Of a stretch of 56,168 nt of DNA, positions 25,369 through 33,281 are shown in pieces; position 1 is the stretch's first letter; the number at the start of each line of letters is the position of its first letter. This DNA is from a virus (taxonomy: Duplodnaviria; Caudoviricetes). A program made the translations under genes and the position numbers. The notes below the pieces were generated by a model. It saw only the letters and a program-made list of their open reading frames with translations, did not search any database and had not been told where the DNA came from. The stretch lies in the IMG/VR virus record IMGVR_UViG_3300032295_002548, positions 1 through 56,168 of that record. One strand, given 5' to 3'.

Positions 25369-26586
25369 ATGAACCCGATCAACAAAGCAACCCTGCTCCG
25401 CATCGACCGCGCCCGCTGGTGGGCGCTGTCCTCTCCCGCCGCCGTGTTTTACGGCAGCCTCGCCACCCACCTCGTCGATGTCATCGACGAGTCCATCCCG
25501 ACCGCCGCGACCGACGGCAAGCGCATCCTCTGGAACCCGACGTTCGTCGCCGGGCTCACCGACGAGGAGGTGCGGTTCGTCCTGCTCCACGAGACGTTGC
25601 ACTGCGCACACGCCCACTTCGACCGGCTCCCGCTCAATGAGCAGGGCAACAAGGCGGGCGACTACGCCATCAACCGCGTGCTGCAGGGCATCGCCGGCAT
25701 CGCGATGCCCAAGGACGGCCTGCTCGACCCGCGCTTCGACAACCTCGCCGAGGAGGAAATCCTCGCCGCCCTCGGTCGCGAGGCGCAGCCGCAGCCCGGC
25801 AACGGCAAGCCCTCGCCCGGTGCGGGTGGTGGCAAGCCGCAGCCCCAGCCCGGCAAGGGCCAGCCTGACGACGGACAAACTGGTTCGCCCGATCCCGGCG
25901 GCTGCGGTGGCTTCGTCGCCCCCGATAAGACGCCCAACCCGCAGGGCAAGACGCTCGCCGAGAAGTGGGAGCAGGCCGTGATCCAAGCCGAGTTCACGGC
26001 GAAGACCCTCGGCAAGGGCAACGCGCCGGCCGACCTCAAGCGCATCCTCGACCGCATCCGCGCCACCGACGTGGACTGGAAGCGCGAGGTCGCCGACTTC
26101 GCTCGGACCGCCATCAGCGCCAGCGCCGACTGGTCCCGCTCGACCCGCCGGATGGCGACCGCGCCGGTGATCTACCCGCGCCGCAAGCGCGACCGCGTGG
26201 GCTGCCTGCTCGTGGTGCGCGACACGTCGGGCAGCATCGACAACAAGCTGTGCGCCGAGTTCTCGGCGCAGGTCACGCAGGTCATCGCCGACCTGCAGTG
26301 CCGGGCCATCGTGCTCGACGTGGACACCCGGCTGCACGCCGAGTACCGCCTTGAGCCGGGCGACGAGTGCCCCAGCAACGCACGCGGCGGTGGCGGCACC
26401 GCCTTCACCCCGGCGTTCGACCGGCTGGCCGAGTTGCAGGACGAGGGCGAGGACATCGCCGGCGTGCTGTACCTGACCGACCTCGACGGTGAGTTCCCCG
26501 ACAACCCGCCCGACGTGCCCACCCTGTGGGTGGCGTACGGCACGACGCGCGCCGCCCCGTTCGGCCGCACGCTGCACGTGAAGTGA
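25369..26586 (+). CDS. DUF2201-type putative metallopeptidase plus vWA domain protein
   Basis: TAATDG, HETLH (HExxH), NKAGDYAIN, G/P/Q linker, MIDAS DTSGS, GGGGTAF, YLTDLDG. Confidence 0.88.
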   Translation: MNPINKATLLRIDRARWWALSSPAAVFYGSLATHLVDVIDESIPTAATDGKRILWNPTFVAGLTDEEVRFVLLHETLHCAHAHFDRLPLNEQGNKAGDYAINRVLQGIAGIAMPKDGLLDPRFDNLAEEEILAALGREAQPQPGNGKPSPGAGGGKPQPQPGKGQPDDGQTGSPDPGGCGGFVAPDKTPNPQGKTLAEKWEQAVIQAEFTAKTLGKGNAPADLKRILDRIRATDVDWKREVADFARTAISASADWSRSTRRMATAPVIYPRRKRDRVGCLLVVRDTSGSIDNKLCAEFSAQVTQVIADLQCRAIVLDVDTRLHAEYRLEPGDECPSNARGGGGTAFTPAFDRLAELQDEGEDIAGVLYLTDLDGEFPDNPPDVPTLWVAYGTTRAAPFGRTLHVK

Positions 26587-26635
26587 GGTTTCCCACCCTG
26601 CCCATCCGCCCCGTGCGGGTGGGCAGTAGGGAGCC
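26587..26635 (+). other. Long intergenic stem-loop (processing or stability element)
   Basis: CTGCCCATCCGC/GCGGGTGGGCAG 12-bp stem plus a lower GGTTTCCC/GGGAGCC stem; no U tract. Confidence 0.55.
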
Positions 26636-26671
26636 CTGACTCCATCAACAACACAACAACACGTATCCACA

Positions 26672-26785
26672 ATGAAACGCTCCGACTACATCACCACCGC
26701 CCTCTGGCTGCTCGCCTGTGCGGTGTTCGCCATCTGGTCCGCCGCCCTCGTCATCAACTCCCTGATCAACTCGTTCTCCCGATGA
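26672..26785 (+). CDS. 37-aa single-TM peptide
   Basis: Not in the ORF track. MKRSDYITTALWLLACAVFAIWSAALVINSLINSFSR; leader motif upstream and ATGA coupling downstream. Confidence 0.7.
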   Translation: MKRSDYITTALWLLACAVFAIWSAALVINSLINSFSR

Positions 26786-27459
26786 GCACCACCCCATTCG
26801 ACCTCGACGCCCACCTCGCCGCCGCCGATCCAGTCCACGCCCGCGAAGCCCGCTTCGGCTGGCACGAGAATGCCCTGCGCATCCTGCTGCCCCTCGGCTG
26901 GACGGTCGAAGACCTCGCCGAGCAAAGCCGTCCTCGCTGCGCGGCGTGCCCGCTCCTCCGCGTGACGCGCCGCAAGCGTAACGACCACGATCTACGTGCC
27001 AAGTCTACCCGGCTGCGGTTCTGGGCGGATGCCGAGGGGCGGAAGCTCCATTACAGCGACGCAGGCATCGCCGAGACGTGGGTGGAGCTGGTCATCGACG
27101 TGACTTCACCCCGCGCTCAATGGTCCGCGAATCGCTGGGTCACCCACGCCACGTTCGGCTTGGCCGAGATCATCGCCAAGGCGCAGGCCATCAAGGAGCG
27201 GGAGGAGCGGGAGGAGCGGGAGTCCGAGGCTTACCTCGCGTCCCTGCTGGTCGGCACCGGCTACACCAAGGAGGACATCGCCAATCAATTCGGCGGGTTC
27301 CACGCACGCGTCGGCACCGATGATCACGGCAAGCAATTCTTCCGTCTCAACGTGGGCAACAAGTTTCTCAGCCCGCGTTCCCGCTGGTCGAACGAGGAGA
27401 AGACGCGGAAGGTGTGCAACCTGCTCACGTTCCTACAGCAAGAAGGATGGAACGAGTGA
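26782..27459 (+). CDS. Hypothetical early protein (225 aa)
   Basis: Coupled ORF; no recognisable motif. Confidence 0.65.
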   Translation: MSTTPFDLDAHLAAADPVHAREARFGWHENALRILLPLGWTVEDLAEQSRPRCAACPLLRVTRRKRNDHDLRAKSTRLRFWADAEGRKLHYSDAGIAETWVELVIDVTSPRAQWSANRWVTHATFGLAEIIAKAQAIKEREEREERESEAYLASLLVGTGYTKEDIANQFGGFHARVGTDDHGKQFFRLNVGNKFLSPRSRWSNEEKTRKVCNLLTFLQQEGWNE

Positions 27460-27827
27460 AGTTCCAGCTGCTGCAAATCGGGATGACCTTCAACCGGGAA
27501 CAGAACCGGCACGAGTTTACCACGATCACGACCACGCCGTTGCGAAACCTCGATGATCCTAACCGCCCCAAGGTGTCCGAGGTGTCGATGATTTTCGATA
27601 CCTCCAGCCCGATCCCGCAGCTGGTCTACGCCAGTCACTTGTTCAGGCTCGACCCCACGGATCCCGACGGGGTGATGGGGATACCGTGGGATCTGGAAGC
27701 GTTCCGAGTGCGGCTGCCGCATTCGTTTTGGACGGACTTGAAAGGCAACCTGCGCGACGCCGGCTTCGCCATCGTGATGGAAGCACCCGACAACGTGTTG
27801 CCGCATCAAACTACGGCGCAGGATTGA
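27456..27827 (+). CDS. Hypothetical early protein (~123 aa)
   Basis: GTGA overlap with the previous stop; exact start uncertain. Confidence 0.55.
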   Translation: MKFQLLQIGMTFNREQNRHEFTTITTTPLRNLDDPNRPKVSEVSMIFDTSSPIPQLVYASHLFRLDPTDPDGVMGIPWDLEAFRVRLPHSFWTDLKGNLRDAGFAIVMEAPDNVLPHQTTAQD

Positions 27828-27857
27828 CATCCACCGTTCGTCCGTACCTCCCTTGGT

Positions 27858-27929
27858 CTGGTCTCAGCGGAGTGGATAACCGCTGACGTGTTGTAACCCT
27901 CGCCATTCTTCGGAGTGGCGAGGGTTTTC
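27858..27929 (+). ncRNA. Candidate antisense sRNA (hairpin, single-stranded seed, terminator)
   Basis: TTGACA at 27824; UCAGCGG(AGUGGAUAA)CCGCUGA hairpin; seed UGACGUGUUGUA complementary to the early leaders; 5' end is estimated. Confidence 0.6.
27895..27928 (+). terminator. Rho-independent terminator ending the early operon/sRNA
   Basis: AACCCUCGCCAUUC-UUCG-GAGUGGCGAGGGUUUU. Confidence 0.85.
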
Positions 27930-28007
27930 GCTTTACACGTGGCCGCTTGAGAGGGAGACGAGGGAATCCATCCTCGCCGTGTGGCGCGGTAAATCTACAA
28001 CACGTTT

Positions 28008-30440
28008 ATGAAAACCCGGTACTTCGGGGGCACTCCCGACAACCTCGGCGTCGTCCGTGCGCTGCCCGCCGAGACGTTCACCGACCTCGTATCCACCCAC
28101 CTGAGACAGCCCGTGTCCCTTGGCGTGACCAAGGCGCAGCTGCTGGCGATGCCTCCCGCCGAGGCGACCAAGGCCAAGGCCACCGACTACCTTGTCCCCG
28201 CCACGTTCAAGACCGACACGTCGCAGCGCCGCACTGAGCTGGCCGTCGTCGCGAACCTCATCTTCATCGACATCGACGACGCCATCGACGCCCGTCGTCT
28301 GCTCGCCACTGGCTTCGGCTCCCTGCTGGGCCGACTCGACTCGGTCGTCTACCACACTGCCCGCTCCACGCCGGCCGCGCCCCGGCTGCGGGTGGTGGTG
28401 TCCGCCGAGGAGGTGCCCATCGCCCGTTACGCCGAGGCCGTGCGCCTGATCGCCGCCCTGCTGGGGATGGAGGACGTATCACGGGAGTCGCTCGTCCCGG
28501 TGCAGCCGATGTTCCTGCCAACCAGTTTTGCCGATGATACCACCGACCCGGTGGTGCATTGCTCGACCAAGGGGGAAGCGTTCGTCCTGCCTCTCGCCTC
28601 CACCCTGTCGGAACTCCCCGCTGGCGAGGCCGACGCGGGTGACGTGTCCCCGCTGGAGAACCTGCGCCCTCGGATGGAGGGCGTGAACCCCGAGGATATC
28701 CGCCCCGCCCTGCAGGTCATCGACCCCGATTGTGCGATGAAGCGGTGGGTGGAGATCGGGATGGCGCTGAAGCACCAGTTCGGGGACGAGGGCTACGCCC
28801 TGTGGGACGACTGGTCCGCCCGGGGCAAGGCCAAGTACCCCGGCTCCGATGCAACCCGCCGCCGGTGGGATTCGTTCGCCGGCCAGACTTCCAACCGCGT
28901 GCCCGTCACGCTGCGCACCGTCCTCCGCATTGCCGAGGAGTCAGGATGGGACAACAAGTTGGCCGGTGAGAACGTCTACTCCCGCACCGTGGACTGGATC
29001 ACGTCGTCAACCCGTTCGACGGAAGAGCTGCTCGACCACGCGGCCGGCCGCATCTCGGCGATCTCCCCGCTGATCGGTCCCCTCAAGCAAGCTGCGCTGG
29101 TGGGCACGCTCGCCCGCACCCTGAAGAACCGCGGCATCCAAGGCGTGACCGCCACCAGCCTGACGCAGGTGGTGAAGGACAACATCAGCGAGAGTACCAA
29201 GCCAACGCAGCCTCCGACGTGGGCATCTGGGGTGGTGTTCGTCACAGCGAGCAACCTGTTTTACCGTTACGTGGACAACCGCAAGCTGAAGCCGGAGGTG
29301 GTGGACCTGATCTATCGTTCACCCGATCCAGAGAAGCGGCCCCGTGAGTGGCTGATCCACGACGCCAACATCAAGGTGGTGGAGAACCTGCGCTACGACC
29401 CCGAGACCAAGGCCCGGGTGGTGATGTACGATGGCGTGCCCTTCTGCAACACGTACCGCCCGACGTACCCAGCGCCCGACTACGGCCAGCTGCAGGAGGT
29501 GCTCGACTTCTTCAGCGCGCACGCCGACCACGTGTTCACCTCGCAATGGAGCCGCACGATGTTCGACTTCGGCGCGTATCTGGTGCAGCACCCGGGCAAG
29601 AAGATCAGGTGGGCACCGCTGGTGCAGAGCGGGGTGGGTGCGGGCAAGGGGTTGTGGGCTGGCCTGCTCACCCGGGCGCTGGGCTTCAGCAACGTGCAGC
29701 GTTTGTCTGCTGAACACGTTCTTGAGGCGACGTACAACTCGTGGGCCAGCGGCTATCAACTCACGGTGATGGACGAGGTGTACAACGTGGGGGCCAACAG
29801 CCACCGCACGATGAGCAAGCTGAAGCCCAGCATCTCGGACGACTTCGTGTCGGTGCGTTCATTGTACGAACCTGTTCAGACGGTGCCGAACATAATGAAC
29901 TTCCTGATGTTCACGAACTACCACAACTCGCTGGCCGTACACGACAGCGACCGCCGGTACTTCGTGATCAAGTCCCCGCTTCAAACCAAGGACGACATCC
30001 TCGCCCTTGGTGGGCCGGCCTACTTCGAGCACGCGTACAAGCTGTTGTCCTCTCACGCCGCCGGGATCCGCGCCCTGTTCGAGAGCTGGCCCATCTCCAA
30101 GGACTTCCCCGCTGATGGGCGTGCCCCCATCACGCCGTTCCTCGGTGAGCTGGCTGCGGCCACAGCCTCCCCGCTGGCAGCCGCCGTGCAGGACGCGCTC
30201 GACGACCGGCCGCACGCCCTGCTGCAGCCCGACCTCCTGTCGCTGCCCGTGCTGCGCGCTCATCTCCCCGCTGATAGGTTGTCCCACTTCACCGATCAGG
30301 GTCTGGCCTCGGTGCTACGGGAGAAGGGGTTCGTCTCCGCTGGTCGGCACTCGTTCGACGGGGTGCGTCACGCCCTGTGGGTGCGGGGATTCAAGGGTGA
30401 TCCGGTGGCTGAGGCGAATGCCCGGCGTGAAGTTTTGTGA
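28008..30440 (+). CDS. Primase-helicase (AEP prim-pol, PriCT-2, SF3/DUF5906-type helicase)
   Basis: IFIDID, YHT..S....PRLRVV, WVEIGMALK..G..LWDDWS, Walker A GVGAGKG, Walker B VMDE, FTNY, DRRY. Confidence 0.9.
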   Translation: MKTRYFGGTPDNLGVVRALPAETFTDLVSTHLRQPVSLGVTKAQLLAMPPAEATKAKATDYLVPATFKTDTSQRRTELAVVANLIFIDIDDAIDARRLLATGFGSLLGRLDSVVYHTARSTPAAPRLRVVVSAEEVPIARYAEAVRLIAALLGMEDVSRESLVPVQPMFLPTSFADDTTDPVVHCSTKGEAFVLPLASTLSELPAGEADAGDVSPLENLRPRMEGVNPEDIRPALQVIDPDCAMKRWVEIGMALKHQFGDEGYALWDDWSARGKAKYPGSDATRRRWDSFAGQTSNRVPVTLRTVLRIAEESGWDNKLAGENVYSRTVDWITSSTRSTEELLDHAAGRISAISPLIGPLKQAALVGTLARTLKNRGIQGVTATSLTQVVKDNISESTKPTQPPTWASGVVFVTASNLFYRYVDNRKLKPEVVDLIYRSPDPEKRPREWLIHDANIKVVENLRYDPETKARVVMYDGVPFCNTYRPTYPAPDYGQLQEVLDFFSAHADHVFTSQWSRTMFDFGAYLVQHPGKKIRWAPLVQSGVGAGKGLWAGLLTRALGFSNVQRLSAEHVLEATYNSWASGYQLTVMDEVYNVGANSHRTMSKLKPSISDDFVSVRSLYEPVQTVPNIMNFLMFTNYHNSLAVHDSDRRYFVIKSPLQTKDDILALGGPAYFEHAYKLLSSHAAGIRALFESWPISKDFPADGRAPITPFLGELAAATASPLAAAVQDALDDRPHALLQPDLLSLPVLRAHLPADRLSHFTDQGLASVLREKGFVSAGRHSFDGVRHALWVRGFKGDPVAEANARREVL

Positions 30441-30485
30441 AGAAAGGTGTTGACTGCTGAACAGAAACTGTATCTGTTCAGAGCC

Positions 30486-30590
30486 ATGACAATCTTTCTC
30501 TCCATCTGCGCCGTCGTCATCGTGATCGCCGTTGCTTATGCCCTGCTCGCCGTGATCGGGGCCGAGGACAACGACGAGGACATGGACTGA
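30486..30590 (+). CDS. 34-aa single-TM peptide with an acidic tail
   Basis: Not in the ORF track. MTIFLSICAVVIVIAVAYALLAVIGAEDNDEDMD; TTGACT 30 nt upstream. Confidence 0.6.
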   Translation: MTIFLSICAVVIVIAVAYALLAVIGAEDNDEDMD

Positions 30591-30600
30591 ACTTTCCCCC

Positions 30601-30780
30601 ATGAAAAAGAAATCAACTGTTAACTCGGCTGGTAACTACACCAAGCCATCGATGCGCAAGCGTCTCGTCGCGAAGGTCAAGGCCAGCAGCAAGGGCGGCA
30701 AGCCCGGCCAATGGTCCGCCCGCAAGGCGCAGATGGTAGCCAAGGAATACAAGGCGAAGGGCGGAGGCTACACGTCATGA
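30601..30780 (+). CDS. DUF5872-like basic protein, N-terminal half (59 aa)
   Basis: Not in the ORF track. NYTKPSMRKRL...KGGKPGQWSARKAQMVAKEYKAKGGGY. Confidence 0.75.
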   Translation: MKKKSTVNSAGNYTKPSMRKRLVAKVKASSKGGKPGQWSARKAQMVAKEYKAKGGGYTS

Positions 30781-31010
30781 AGAAGCAACAGAAGAGCCTC
30801 AAGGATTGGACCGACCAGAAGTGGCGTACGTCCAGCGGGAAGCCCAGCCTCAAGACTGGCGAGCGTTACCTCCCGGACAAGGCGTGGGCCAACCTGACCG
30901 CCGCCGAGAAGGCCGCGACCAACGCCGCCAAGAAGAAGGGGATGCGTGCCGGCAAGCAGTTCGTCGCGCAGCCCAAGTCCATCGCCAAGAAGACTGCCCG
31001 CTTCCGTTAA
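30777..31010 (+). CDS. DUF5872-like basic protein, C-terminal half (77 aa)
   Basis: QKSLKDWTDQKWRT..G...ERYLP.KAW..LT..EK.ATN..K......GKQFV; ATGA overlap. Confidence 0.75.
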   Translation: MKKQQKSLKDWTDQKWRTSSGKPSLKTGERYLPDKAWANLTAAEKAATNAAKKKGMRAGKQFVAQPKSIAKKTARFR

Positions 31011-31023
31011 ACCTGTTTTACCC

Positions 31024-31419
31024 ATGATCGAAACAACACTGAAGGAACTGACCACTGCCATCCGTGAACTCACGGTGGCCCTCAACAATCGCAGCACCAC
31101 GACCACGGTGGTGCCCGAGCCGAAGCCGGCGAGCGTGACCGTGACGCCGACCCTGACCCCGACTCCGACCGCGACTCCGACCCCGACGCCCGAGCCGACC
31201 CAACCCGTCGAGGCGAAGGTCACCATCCCTGCGGGCAAGGTGACGCAGGCCGACCTCCGTGACGCGGCCAGCCAGTTGCTCATGGCCAAGCGCCTGCCCG
31301 ATATCCTCGCCATCAACCAGCAGTTCGGGATCAAGCGCATCACCGAGTGCCCCGAGGACAAGTACGAGCAGGTCTTCGCCGCCCTCAACGCCGCCCTTGC
31401 CAATGCCAAGGGATCCTAA
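31024..31419 (+). CDS. Small replication-module protein with a (TP)n linker (131 aa)
   Basis: Coiled N-terminus, PT repeats, VT..DLR...I.....FG.KRITE.PE.KY domain typical upstream of DUF2800 genes. Confidence 0.7.
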   Translation: MIETTLKELTTAIRELTVALNNRSTTTTVVPEPKPASVTVTPTLTPTPTATPTPTPEPTQPVEAKVTIPAGKVTQADLRDAASQLLMAKRLPDILAINQQFGIKRITECPEDKYEQVFAALNAALANAKGS

Positions 31420-32563
31420 GCTCATCGACGTTGGCCCCTCGGCCAGCGGTCGGTGGTCGGTATGCACTGCGTCCCCGCAGTTCATCGTCGATCACGCCGA
31501 ACAGCTGCCGAAGGAGGACAAGGAGTACGCCGACGAGGGTAGCGTCGCACACCACGTGGCCAGCCAGTTGCTGGAAGGCAAAGACCCCGGCGTCGTGGCT
31601 GCTCCGATGATGGACGCGGTCAAGGTGTACGTGGGCTACGTCCGCCAGCAGATCAAGCCGGGCGACACGTTGCTCGTGGAGAAGGCGCTGAACCTGTTCT
31701 ACCTGCCGCATCGCAGCGGCATCGTGGACGCGGCGGTCTTCCAACCGCACGGCGTGTACATCAACGACCTGAAGTATGGACAGGGCGTGAGCGTCGAGGC
31801 CGAGGGCAATACCCAGCTGGCCATCTACGCCGAGTCCCTGCTGCAGGCGTGGGAACAGATCATGGATATCCCGGATAACTTCCGGGTCGTGATGTCCATC
31901 ATCCAGCCCCGTGACCGGAACAATCCCGAGCCCGTCCGGGCGTGGGAGTTGAACCGCGCCGAGCTGCGTGAGTTCACGAGCGACCTGCGGGTTGCGGCGG
32001 AGCTGGCGCTGGCGGGCAAGGGTGAGTTTCACCCCAGCCCGAAGGCGTGCCAGTTCTGCCCGGCCAAGGGGCTGTGTGCAGCGTACGCTCACCAAGGTCT
32101 GGTCGCCCTGCCCGAGGAGGCCCGCGTCATCGAGCTGCCCCATCCGGGCGCGCTTACCCGGGAACAACGGGTGAAGGTGTTGCGTGCGAAGACCGTGCTT
32201 CGTGACTGGATCGATGCGCTGGAGGTGCAAGAGATCGACGCCCTGATGAAGGGCGAAGAGCCGGTCGGCATGAAGCTGGTCGCCGGCAAGACCAACCGCC
32301 AGTGGCGTGACGTGGAGGAAGCACAGAAGCTGTTGTCCAACCATCTTGCGATGGACGATATGCGCCCCCGCGCGGATCTGATTTCGCCCGCAGCAGCCGA
32401 GCGTGCGCTGAAGGGCATCCAACTCTCGACGAGGTTCGCCAATCGGATGGCCTCGTTGATCACCAAACCCGAGGGCAAACCGACACTGGTGACGGCGGAC
32501 GATCCTCGTCCCGCGCTCTCGTTTGATAGCGATCCCAACAATGGCCTGAAACAACTAGACTGA
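31403..32563 (+). CDS. DUF2800 PD-(D/E)xK (Cas4-like) exonuclease
   Basis: PS.S.RW..C, A.EG..AH, GIVDA, INDLKYG.G..V, QLAIYA, CQFCPAKGLC. Confidence 0.88.
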   Translation: MPRDPKLIDVGPSASGRWSVCTASPQFIVDHAEQLPKEDKEYADEGSVAHHVASQLLEGKDPGVVAAPMMDAVKVYVGYVRQQIKPGDTLLVEKALNLFYLPHRSGIVDAAVFQPHGVYINDLKYGQGVSVEAEGNTQLAIYAESLLQAWEQIMDIPDNFRVVMSIIQPRDRNNPEPVRAWELNRAELREFTSDLRVAAELALAGKGEFHPSPKACQFCPAKGLCAAYAHQGLVALPEEARVIELPHPGALTREQRVKVLRAKTVLRDWIDALEVQEIDALMKGEEPVGMKLVAGKTNRQWRDVEEAQKLLSNHLAMDDMRPRADLISPAAAERALKGIQLSTRFANRMASLITKPEGKPTLVTADDPRPALSFDSDPNNGLKQLD

Positions 32564-32568
32564 ACATC

Positions 32569-33105
32569 ATGGAAACCCACATCATCAAGCTGAACAACGT
32601 CCGCCTCTCGTTCCCTGCCCTCTGGCAGGCGCGCACCGGCCCGGACGCGAACTCGAAGCCGTCCTTTCAGGCGGCCTTCATCCTCGACAAGAAAGACAAC
32701 GCGAAGGACATCGAGACTGTCCGCGCCACGATCGCCGCGATCGGCAAGGAGTCCTTCAAGGGCAAGCTCCCGCCGAAGGTGTGCCTCCGTGAGGGCACCG
32801 AGAAGGGCGACGTGGACGGCTACGGTGAGGGCGTGATGTTCATCAACGCCCGGTCCGACAAGCGCCCGCACGTGGTCGGCCGCAAGCTGGAGGTGCTGAC
32901 CGAGGACGACGGCAAGCCCTACGCGGGCTGCTACGTCAACGCCACCATCCGCCTGTGGGCACAGGACAATCAGTACGGTAAGCGGATCAACGCCCAGCTG
33001 CGCGCCGTGCAGTACGTCAAGGACGGTGCGGCGTTCGGCGAGGGCTCGGTGGACGTGAACAAGGAGTTCGCCGCTCTGCCCGACGACGAACAGGGAGCGA
33101 TCTGA
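32569..33105 (+). CDS. Single-stranded DNA-binding protein (DUF2815, gp2.5-like)
   Basis: NVRLSFP.L, YAGCYVNA, L.AVQ.VKDG..FG and an acidic tail. Confidence 0.88.
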   Translation: METHIIKLNNVRLSFPALWQARTGPDANSKPSFQAAFILDKKDNAKDIETVRATIAAIGKESFKGKLPPKVCLREGTEKGDVDGYGEGVMFINARSDKRPHVVGRKLEVLTEDDGKPYAGCYVNATIRLWAQDNQYGKRINAQLRAVQYVKDGAAFGEGSVDVNKEFAALPDDEQGAI

Positions 33106-33281
33106 TGAACATTCCCAACATCCCCCCGATGGATGTGGCCTACGATCTGGCCGAGGTGATGCGGCGTGACCGCATTGCCGCCGGCATGATCCGTGAGTAC
33201 ATTCCCGTGGATCAGTTGATCGAGATCCTCGACCTCAAGGACGAGGAGCTGAAGGAGTACCTCGGTCTGGATAAGGAATGA
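33105..33281 (+). CDS. Small acidic hypothetical protein (58 aa)
   Basis: Not in the ORF track; coupled at both ends. MNIPNIPPMDVAYDLAEVM...LGLDKE. Confidence 0.65.
   Translation: MNIPNIPPMDVAYDLAEVMRRDRIAAGMIREYIPVDQLIEILDLKDEELKEYLGLDKE

Larger units (their letters stand above)
23098..26664 (+). promoter_or_regulatory. Recurrent leader motif CAACACGT-N7-ATG (five copies)
   Basis: Copies at 23098, 23377, 24516, 25354 and 26657; ATGs at 23113, 23392, 24531, 25369 and 26672. Confidence 0.9.

Noticed and set aside
26587-26640. Third ribozyme or intrinsic terminator
   Set aside because: No hammerhead, twister, pistol or HDV core was recognisable, and there is no U tract.
31403-32563. CRISPR-associated Cas4
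   Set aside because: Its context (SSB, PolA, VRR-NUC, SNF2) is the standard APSE-like replication module, so it is a DUF2800 nuclease.
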